Shown here: piece after piece, positions 54,556-63,400 of the stretch
Position numbering within the stretch: position 1 is the stretch's first letter
Layout: every line of letters starts with the position of its first letter
Origin: Verrucomicrobiia bacterium
GTDB taxonomy: Bacteria > Verrucomicrobiota > Verrucomicrobiia > Limisphaerales > JADLHS01
DNA length: 64,000 bases
Direction: 5' to 3'
Assembly: GCA_026125285.1 (NCBI GenBank)
Contig: JAHCLO010000023.1
Coordinates: 41,855 to 105,854, forward strand
Made by a program: the position numbers and the translations under genes
The notes under the pieces: model-generated
What the model was told of the DNA's origin: nothing
What the model saw: the letters and a program-made list of their open reading frames with translations, nothing else
The model's database searches: none

Positions 54556-56262
54556 ATGCAAACCCCAAACCCGCCCGCGGTGGACTCAGGCAACAAGCGC
54601 AAATGGTTCTGGCTCGCCGGCGTCGTCATCGCGTTGGGGGCCGGACTCTGGTTCGGCGTCCGCTACTACGGAGAATTCAAGGAACAACGCCGCACAGTCC
54701 AGGCGCGGAACTTTTTCGAGGCGGGCAAATACCGTGATGCCCACCTGACCGCACAGTTGATCCTGCGGGCCAACCCGCGGAATGTGGAAGCCTGCCGCAT
54801 CATGGCCGAATTAACCGAGCGCGCCCGCGATCCCTCGACCCTGGCCTGGCGGCGGCAAGTGGCGCAACTGTCCCCCACCCTGGAGAATCAACTCACACTC
54901 GCGGCCGCCGCCATGTTGTTCGAGCGCCCGCCGTATCCGCTCGCGCGCCAGACGTTGGACAGCATTCCGACCGCTGGCCAGACCAACGCCGCCTATCACG
55001 TCATCGCCGCCCAGGTGGCCATCAAATTGAACCAGACGGCGGAAGCACAGGCGCATTACGAGCAAGCCATCAAGCTGGAGCCGGAAAAAAAATCTCACCG
55101 GCTGAATCTGGCCGTGCTGCGATTGCAGGCGGAGGACCCGGCCATCGTGACCGGGGCCCGCGCCACACTGGAACAATTCCGGGAGCACCCGCGCCTGGGG
55201 GCGTTCGCCCTGCGTTCCCTGATCGGCGAAAGTCTCGACAAACGGGACCGCGAACGCGCCCTCAAGTTTTCCCATCAACTGCTGGCCCAACCACAGGCCG
55301 CGTTTGCCGACCGCGTGCAGCATCTCAGCATCCTGCACGCAGCAGGTGATCCAGCGTATGATGAGTTCCTTACAACCCTGCGGCAGGAGGCCTCGACCAA
55401 CGAACTGGCCGTATATCAACTCGCCAACTGGATGATTGGCCGGGGAATGGCCGAAGAAGCTTTGGAGTGGATTGAAGGCCTGCCGGCTGATTTGCAGACC
55501 CGGCAACCCGTGCCCAAAGCCGTGGTGGAAGGTCTGCTGGCCCGGAAGGATTGGCCCAAGCTGGAATCCGTCCTGAACGGTCAGCAGTGGGAAGGGCAGG
55601 AGTTCGTGCGGCTGGCCCTGCTGTCACTGGCCTTGCGCAATCAGGGAATTCGGGACTCCGCTCAACTGAAGTTGCAGGCAGCCGTGCGGGCGGCTTCGCG
55701 GCGGGTGGAACAGCTGGCCATCCTGAGCCAGATGCTGGAATCGTGGGGCTGGCAGACCGAGGCGGAGGAAACGCTGGAGTTGATCGTGAGCCGCTTCCCC
55801 CAGGACCGCCGGGCCACGGCGGCAGTTTGCCTGACCTACTACACCAAAGGCAACACGACCGGGCTTTACCGCGTGCTTGGCCAGATGTTGAAAGCGCAAC
55901 CCGACGACCTGGACATCGCCAATAACTTCGCCATGGTTTGCTTCTTACTGAACACCAATCTGACGCAGGCCCACTCCCTGGCGGAACAGGTCGCCACTCG
56001 GTCGCCTGACAACTCGTCCTTCGTCTCCACACGCGCGTTCTCTTTGCACCTGCAAGGCAAACCCGCTGAAGCGTTGGGACTGTTGCGCAGTTTGCCGGCA
56101 ACGGAACTGCAAAAGCCCAGCATTGCTCTCTACCACGGACTCACACTGGCGGCCATTGGGGAAAAGGAGCAGGCGCGAAAACTCTTGGATCTGGCGGAGA
56201 AGGCGCAAATGTTGCCGGAAGAGAAGCGGTTGTGCAAGGAAGCGATTGAATTGCTGAAGTGA
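54556..56262 (+). CDS. membrane-anchored TPR-repeat protein
   Basis: From ATG 54556. TM WFWLAGVVIALGAGLWFGV, followed by repeated TPR-like helical units through the C-terminus. Confidence 0.8.
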   Translation: MQTPNPPAVDSGNKRKWFWLAGVVIALGAGLWFGVRYYGEFKEQRRTVQARNFFEAGKYRDAHLTAQLILRANPRNVEACRIMAELTERARDPSTLAWRRQVAQLSPTLENQLTLAAAAMLFERPPYPLARQTLDSIPTAGQTNAAYHVIAAQVAIKLNQTAEAQAHYEQAIKLEPEKKSHRLNLAVLRLQAEDPAIVTGARATLEQFREHPRLGAFALRSLIGESLDKRDRERALKFSHQLLAQPQAAFADRVQHLSILHAAGDPAYDEFLTTLRQEASTNELAVYQLANWMIGRGMAEEALEWIEGLPADLQTRQPVPKAVVEGLLARKDWPKLESVLNGQQWEGQEFVRLALLSLALRNQGIRDSAQLKLQAAVRAASRRVEQLAILSQMLESWGWQTEAEETLELIVSRFPQDRRATAAVCLTYYTKGNTTGLYRVLGQMLKAQPDDLDIANNFAMVCFLLNTNLTQAHSLAEQVATRSPDNSSFVSTRAFSLHLQGKPAEALGLLRSLPATELQKPSIALYHGLTLAAIGEKEQARKLLDLAEKAQMLPEEKRLCKEAIELLK

Positions 56263-56450
56263 AAAACCACGGCCATTGACAAAGTCGCGGGGAGGCGTGT
56301 GCAAGGCGAGCGATCGCTGGGCTGAACGATCTCAATGCCGGGTTCTGGCGACGAACGGGGGATTTTCCGGTGATGCAGTCCCTGCACAGGCAAAGCGAGT
56401 CCATCCTCCGAGCAAAGGCTGGAGGCCGATTCTCAATCTCCCGACAACGC

Positions 56451-58380
56451 TTATGGCCCAGCGGTCATGAATCGTCGGATCAAGCTGGCAGGCTGACGGC
56501 ACACGCGCCGCTCGAAATCAGGCAAGGACTTGCTGCCACCGGGGCGGCCACGCTGTTGTTCATGGAGGAAGATTGCCAGGGAGCGAAACAACGAAAGCAC
56601 CCGCGCCGAGTTGGTTTCCCGCACTGTGCATCGGTCCTCGTCCTGGGTGCGATCCCGACGATAGTGCTGGCCGTTTTCGATCTGCCAGTGGTCGCGCACG
56701 ATTTCCAATAATTGCTCCGGTCCGGCTTCTTCGGGCAGGTAACTGGTGAAGGCAAATACAGTTTCCTCGGTGTGTTTGGTCACCCGACCTTGGCGGATCT
56801 CATCGACCTTGCGCTCGATGCGCATCACTTGCGCCGCGCCGGCCAGTCCCATCGTTTGCGGATCGGTTTCACAACTCCACAAAGCCCGATCTTCAATCCG
56901 TCCGTGGCCTTTGTCGGTCGTCTGGGCCGCAGGGGGGAAAAGCGCCCGAGAGGAGCTGGTGCGCTTTGGCAAGGGCGTGGGGCTGATTGGCTTTGAGGAT
57001 CGCCACGTAATCGGCGCCGTTGGCTTGGGTCAGTTGCCGGGCGTTGGCTTTGGTGGTGTGTGCGGCGTCGAAAGTAACGCACAAGCCGGCCAAATCCATT
57101 TTCGGCAAGTGCGCGGCCACGGCCGCTTCCTCGTTGGTGTTTTGCGGCACGGCCACTTGGTCAACCAGCCGCTGTTGGCTGGTGACGAAGTTGACCAGCG
57201 TCAGGGCCTTGTCGGCTTTGGGCTTTTGCAGTTCAACCGGGATTTCATTGGGCACCGACTCGGCTGGAGCGCTCGCCGGCGCAGGCTGCGCGTTTTTGAC
57301 AACCTTGCCATCCAGGTGCAATACCGCAACAGGCTGCGGGTCCTGCTGCTCCATCCATTGGACCAACGCCTCCTTGAGTGGCTCGGCATCCACGGCCTCG
57401 AGCATCCGGCGAAAGGTGCGTTCGCCCGGAACGTCGCATTGACGGCGCGTCCCCGATCGGGGGCGGCAGCGTAAGGCGCGGCGTTGCCCGTGATTGAGGC
57501 TGGCAGCAAACTCGGCAATGGCATGCGGCCCTTTGCAGCCCGCGGCCACGGCCAGGGCGATCAAGCACAGGATCGTGGCCAGTTGATGGCGCTTGCCCTT
57601 GGGCTTGCGCGGGTCGGTAAGCACGGTCCGAAAATACTGCCACAACGAAAGCAATTGATCGGTCGCCACCGGACACGGCGGGGGCAGGGGCCGCTGATGG
57701 GCGGCCAAATGAGCGGGCAGTTCGGCGGCGCGCAACTGCTCCAGGGCCGCAGCACTCAAGGCGCGCACCCAGATCTCCTTGGGATGCTTGGTGTCGGTGT
57801 AAAAATCCTGCCAGTCCCGCTGACAGCCTTGCGTACGCCCCAGTCGCTCCCAACCGGCGGCTTTGTAGCAGGTGCCGCGGAACTGTTGTGGATCGACGAA
57901 CGTCTCGACCGCCAGGACCGGATGGCCAAAGTGCCCCTGCCAGTCCTGGGCCAGACGATCGCAGGCCAGTTTCAAAACGCGCGAGGCCAGATTGGGCCAG
58001 CGGCCCGGCGCCGCCAGCACCAGAAAGCGTTGGTTCTGCGCGAGAAGATGACGCCGTTGCGCCACCTGGCGGGCCGACCAATGCAACCAGCGATCACGCG
58101 GCTTGACGTGAAAGGCCGCCGAACTGAACACCAGCAATGCCAGCCATTGCGCTTGATATTCGGCCACGTAACGCAACGCCTGCCCAACGACGGTGGCGTT
58201 CTTGAGGTAGTGTTCCTTGGCCAGCAGTTCATCAAAGCGGGCTTGTTCGAGAGGTTCAATCAAACGCAGGTTGACCTCCCGCAGCAACAGCGTTTCTTGT
58301 GGCAATCCCGCCACCACCACGTCGGCAAGATGAATAGACATGCCCCTACTGAAGCAAACCGAGAACAATTGCGCCAGCAT
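56451..58380 (-). pseudogene. DUF4338 (DruA-like) domain fused to an ISAs1-family transposase, split by a frameshift at a C6 tract
   Basis: ORF 56893..58380. N-terminal part: ..AVETFVDPQQFRGTCYKAAGWERLGRTQG.. (DUF4338 pattern). Then ISAs1 N-terminal domain DPRKPKGKRHQLATILCLIALAVAAGC and the DDE region HLDGK...TFDAAHTTK...ADYVAILKANQ. ORF 56451..56972 continues GHGRIEDRALW...RDHWQIENGQHYRRDRTQDED. The frames meet at the minus-strand run TTTTCCCCCC (plus-strand GGGGGGAAAA, 56932-56941). One fewer C would fuse them as GAFPPAAQTTDKGHGRIE. Confidence 0.8.
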
Positions 58381-58533
58381 ATTCCACCTAACCCATTAAC
58401 CACAAATCCCGTCCGCCTCTCCTTGGCTACCGCCCTGAGTGAAAAACAAGGATACGCAACGCACACGGGGCGAAGCAGCAAATCGAGGACCAATTCGGAA
58501 ACGTGGAACCGAACCCGGCGAAAGTCAACTCGG

Positions 58534-59181
58534 TCAGGACTTCGCAAGCTTCCGGCGAATCTGCGGCATAAAGCGGAACGCAACCAACCCCAAGGCAAGG
58601 CCGCCGAAGATAAGATTCGATGCCTCTGGTACCGGAGCCACTGTGAAAGTAGCCCAGCCTAGTTCGTCAGCGTTACTTCCTTCTAGCACGCTACTTGCAG
58701 TAAAGAAATTCAGTGTAACTATAGACCCGTCACTCGGCACGACCCAAGGAGCGCTTCCATCCAACCCCGTAGGATGCCGATAGAACCCATACGGGGTGCC
58801 TTCGCCTGGCTCGGTTGCCCCCGCAGTTAAGGTCGGATACCAATACAGCTGCAATAGATCACCTGAGTTCAGCCCGATGAAATCACCTAAATCAAGCCCC
58901 GGGGCGCTGCCTGTAAAATAGCCCGGCCCTTCGTCGATTTCCTGCAAGCTCCACCTAAAGAGAATAACATCATCTCCACTCACAAAATAATCTGCGCGCG
59001 GGGCACCAAAAACTGCATCGGCTGTACTGGCCACCAAGAACAACTGACCTCCGATCGGCATCAACTCCGAACCGTCAGATGATCTCAGTTCGCCTGCATT
59101 GATGGTGAGCGTAATTGTTGCTCGGGCAGCTAGGCAGGAAACGCTAAAGATGGCTAGGACACACAGTAGTCTCACTCTCAT
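58534..59181 (-). CDS. PEP-CTERM sorting-domain protein
   Basis: Signal peptide MRVRLLCVLAIFSVSCLAA. C-terminus VPEASNLIFGGLALGLVAFRFMPQIRRKLAKS has the motif, TM and basic tail of a PEP-CTERM signal. Confidence 0.8.
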   Translation of the reverse strand: MRVRLLCVLAIFSVSCLAARATITLTINAGELRSSDGSELMPIGGQLFLVASTADAVFGAPRADYFVSGDDVILFRWSLQEIDEGPGYFTGSAPGLDLGDFIGLNSGDLLQLYWYPTLTAGATEPGEGTPYGFYRHPTGLDGSAPWVVPSDGSIVTLNFFTASSVLEGSNADELGWATFTVAPVPEASNLIFGGLALGLVAFRFMPQIRRKLAKS

Positions 59182-59232
59182 ATAATCTGGTTGTGGAGGT
59201 TGATGATGTGATGAACTGGACCGACGTCAATT

Positions 59233-60336
59233 TCAAAAATTGGGCGAGTTAATCCAGAAACTGGAGAAACCATCGATGGTGGAATTCTTACGGATGATGA
59301 CACCCGTACCTGGAACAAATACCGCCTGGTTATTCATGTTGGTGGTGCCTGAACCAACGCGACGCCATGTGTTCAAGTAGTAATATGTTTCCACAGGAGC
59401 TTTATTCTTCGCCGCAACCTGATTGTCGAACACTAGCAAAACATCAGTAGGATTCAGCCCGCTAGAACTTGCGAGGAAGGCGCCGCTTTGAAACAAGCCG
59501 GATTCATCCAGCGTCATCGTTGCCGGTCTTGCCACGGCAACGAAATTATCCTGCTTTGTTGATGTTTGAGTCAACATCGGGATGACGAGTTTTGATACAG
59601 GTACACTACCTTGGGCCGAAAAAACCGTACCGTTAGTCGTGTTGTGCCGAACAATGAAATAGACATCCGGAAGCAGCACAGCATCATTCTTATTGACTGT
59701 TCCTTCACCCACCTGTCGCCAAACTCCAGAGAGATTTGCAGCATTGGTTAAAAACACGTAAGAAATCGTCGGACTTAAGTTGATGCCTACACCACTAAGA
59801 TCCGGGATTAACACTTCAGTTCTGGGATTCAAAACACTACTGCTGGCCACGGCCCCTTTCCCCCCCATGAATGCGGTTGCCAGCGTCCAATACGGAATTA
59901 CCGCCGCTTGGTCACCATCGGCCACGGACGAAAGGTCGTCACCACCCAGACTGAGAGTGAGCGTGTCCTCGCCGTTGGCGGTCACAGGGAGGTAACTGCC
60001 TTCCTTGGCGCCGGACAGGAAGCGCAGGTAGTAGGTGTTGGTCTGCGGCACCGGCTCCGCAGTGGAGCTGTAAACAAACTGGTTCGGAGTCCACCCAGGC
60101 GCTCCCTTCACCGTCACCTCATTGCCCGTCACGGAGTCCACCACCACATTAGCGGCGGCGGGGCGCGAGAAAGGAATGGAGACAATCGTGTCGGAATTGC
60201 TGAGGCAGTTGATCCGGTAGAACCCGGCGGGATCGCTGGCGGGCTGCGCCTGCGTGCGAAAAGCCGGCAAGGCCAAAAGCAGAGCGACCAGCATCAAGGC
60301 CAGCTTCACAGAACTATCTGGAGTTGCTCGTTGCAT
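59233..60336 (-). CDS. secreted protein resembling the PVC-restricted TIGR02597 family
   Basis: From ATG 60336, signal peptide MQRATPDSSVKLALMLVALLLALPAF. GFYRINCLSNSDTIVSIPFSRP...YYLRFLSGAKEGSYLPVTANGEDTLTL...AVIPYWTLATAF recalls TIGR02597 from memory only. The track ORF start at 60453 is an alternative. Confidence 0.65.
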   Translation of the reverse strand: MQRATPDSSVKLALMLVALLLALPAFRTQAQPASDPAGFYRINCLSNSDTIVSIPFSRPAAANVVVDSVTGNEVTVKGAPGWTPNQFVYSSTAEPVPQTNTYYLRFLSGAKEGSYLPVTANGEDTLTLSLGGDDLSSVADGDQAAVIPYWTLATAFMGGKGAVASSSVLNPRTEVLIPDLSGVGINLSPTISYVFLTNAANLSGVWRQVGEGTVNKNDAVLLPDVYFIVRHNTTNGTVFSAQGSVPVSKLVIPMLTQTSTKQDNFVAVARPATMTLDESGLFQSGAFLASSSGLNPTDVLLVFDNQVAAKNKAPVETYYYLNTWRRVGSGTTNMNNQAVFVPGTGVIIRKNSTIDGFSSFWINSPNF

Positions 60337-60469
60337 GTCGTTGGTTCGTTGCTCGCCGTCTGCGCTGTATTGCCCGACAGTTCTGCCTGAATCCCGGCGC
60401 AAAATCAAGGATTGTTTTGTAGGTATTTTCGACAAGGTCATCATGGTTTTCATGGTTACTACTCAAAGT

Positions 60470-63400
60470 TTAAGGGGTCACATCCAGCAATCGGAAGAAG
60501 CCGCTCAACGCAACCTCCTCCGCATCTACATCATAGGTGAACGTCTCAAGGGTGGAATCCGCCGTGCGCGTGTCCAGCGGAGTCCATTCTGTGTCCAGCA
60601 GGTTGGCCTTCCACTGCAATTCGTAGGTCCGTCCCACCACCACGCGCCACTCCAGGGTGAATTCACCCGGCGTCTCCGTGGATTCGGCGATGCTCACCAA
60701 AGCCGGCGGCGTCGTGTCGCCCGCCTCCGTGGTGAAAGACCACACTGCATCCGCCACCAGCGCGTTGCCCGACGCGTCCTTCACCCCGGAAACTCCGCCC
60801 ACCACCGTCACCGTGTATTCCGTCGCGTTGGCCAGCGCAGCATCGGGTGTCAGCGTCGCCGTCAACGTCAAAGCGTTGTAACTCACCGTCCCCGCCACCG
60901 CCGGACTTAATACGATCGTCCCTGTCGTCAGGCTCGCGGGGTCCATCGCTTCGTCAAACGTCACCGTCACCACCGCCCCCACACTGACATCCGTCGCCCC
61001 GTCGGCCGGCGTGACCCCCACCACCGTCGGCGCCGTCGTGTCCAGTGCAAACACCACGTCCACCCAGTAGTTCACCCCGCTCGTGCTGTTGTTGGGGAAG
61101 CCCGTCCCCACCCGGGCCACGCCATTGCCCCCGTCCACCCCATTGGGCAACGCCCGCAACGGCGCATTGGTTACTCCCGCCACCAGATTCCCCGCCTGCA
61201 CCGCCGTATCCACCGCATACCCCCCGTTGTTCGCGTAATACGACGCCACATACGTCGTGTTCGCCCCAATCGCCACCGGCACCGCAAAACTCGCCTCCTG
61301 CCACCCCACCGCGACGGGGTCCGCAAACTCCACCGTCCCCAGCAACGCCTGGTCCGAGCGCCGCCACAAATGCCCCGTCCGCGCTCCGCTCCCCACCTGC
61401 CCGTTGTAATACCGCAGCCCCGTCACATACCCCGCCACGTCACTCTGGAACACCACTCCCAATTCATAGTTCCCGCCATCCTCAAACCACGCCGTGGTCG
61501 GCACCGCCGTCTCCGCCCAGATACTGTAACTGGTTTGCTCCGTCGTCGTGAAACTCCACTCCGCGTCCGCCGCCAGCGCCAAGCCCGCCAGGTTCTTCAC
61601 CCCGGCCTCCCCGCCCTGCACCGTCACCGTATATTCCGTCCCCGCCGCCAGCAGGCTGTTCGGATGCAGCGTCGCCGTAAACGTCCCCGCATCGTAACTC
61701 ACCGTCGGCGTCCCCAACGGCGCCGGACTCAAGCTGATCGTCCCCGCCGTCAGGCTCGCCGCGTCCATCGCCTCGTCAAACGTCACCGTCACCACCGCGT
61801 TGCGGCTCACCTCCACCGCCCCACCCGCCGGACTCACCCCCACCACCGTCGGCGGCGTCGTGTCTGGCTCAAACACCACGTCCACCCAGTAGTTGGCCGC
61901 GTTGAAGGACTGGTTGGGAAAGGTGCCGCTCGGACCGTAGGCAAAAACACCGTTGCCACCGCTCTCGCTGTTCGACAGGGCGCGCAATGGGTAGTTGTCC
62001 ACGCCTGCGGTGGTGAAGTACTCCCCAGTCACTGAGTATCCGCCTTCTGGTGCGTGATAAGAGACCACATACGTGGTGTTCGCCGCAATCGCCACCGGCG
62101 TCGCAAAACTCGCCTCCTGCCACCCCACCTCTACCGGGGTCGGAAACTCCACCATTGCCAGCGGCGTCACCGGATTCAGGCTGTTCCAAAGATGCCCCAC
62201 ATGCGGCCCGGGATTGTTTTCGCCGCGGTAGAAGCGCACGCCGGTTATGTACCCGCCAATGGCACTCTGAAACTTCATGCCCACTTCGACCGCGCCAGCA
62301 TCATTGGCGGACGGAATTGCGGGTGCAGCCGAATCGTCCCAGACACTGGTGGCCAGTTGATTGACGGTGGTGAACGACCAACTGAAGTCGGCATCGCCGC
62401 CGAGGGTGTTGCCCGCCACGTCCCTCACGCCTTCGCTGCCGCTCTTCACGGTCACCGTGTACGTTTCCGCAAAAGCCAGCGGGCCGTCCACCAGCGTCAC
62501 CGTGTAGTTGGCGGGGTTATAGGACACTGTGGCCGCCACCGGTTGCGCCAGTGAATCACGCAATAGGATCGTGCTGGAGTTGACGGTAGCTGGATTCATG
62601 GCCTCGCTGAAAGTGAGGCTAATGGTCGGCGACAAGCTGACGTTGACCGCGTCAATCTCCGGCACAACGGAGGTGATGGCTGGTTTTGTTACGTCGGCAA
62701 CGAAATTGATTTCGTAAATGCCATTCAACGCCGGAAACGCGGCGTACTGGATGCCTTTAACCACCCGCAGCGAATACGCAACCGGATCGCCATCGTGGCT
62801 GACGCTGTCCACATCAAAGGCGTCGGGCACCGGCACCATCGCTTCGAGCCCCAGTGCCGCCGCATCCGCCTCCACCGCAATAGTCAGGGTGTCGTTGGCC
62901 CAGCCCATGACTTGCAGGGTCGAACTGTTCCGGGCATCCACCCAAGTCAAGAGTTGACGCGCGGAAATGACCGGGACCCCGCGGCTGATGGCGGAACTGA
63001 CAATGGCGGCGGACAACTCGGCGGAAGAGGGGATTTCGTTGAGAGGGTCCGGGTCCGTGTGGATGTTCGCCACAAAGGCCCCGTAATAACCTTCCGCTCC
63101 CAAGGCGCGATCCAGCAGCACATCCACGGTGTAAGGATACACCTGGCCTGACTCATCGGTCATTTGCGTGGCCGCTTGATAGACGTCAATCGCGGCGCCA
63201 TCGGTCGTGGCGAAGCGCATGGGCATGCCGGAGCCGGTGAACAACCCCGGCCAATCCGCCGCCCAAGCCCCCGGCCAGTAATAGTAACTGGCTTCCATTC
63301 GGATGCCAAACTCCAGCCCCACCTCGGGCAAGACGGTAAATCCGCTCCACGCAATGCAATGGTTGCGGTGTGTGGTCGGGGCCGGGAGATTTCCGTACTG

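Noticed and set aside
56932-56941. Programmed ribosomal frameshift in the ISAs1-type transposase at TTTTCCCCCC
   Set aside because: Joining the frames needs a +1 shift (equivalently, loss of one C). As far as I know, ISAs1 transposases are not made by frameshifting. A homopolymer indel (decay, phase variation or sequencing error) is more likely. It remains flagged in the finding.
60740-62690. Diversity-generating retroelement (template/variable repeat pair) in the giant surface gene
   Set aside because: There is no reverse transcriptase in the window. The differences between repeats are not adenine-specific, and the repeats correspond to whole protein-domain modules.
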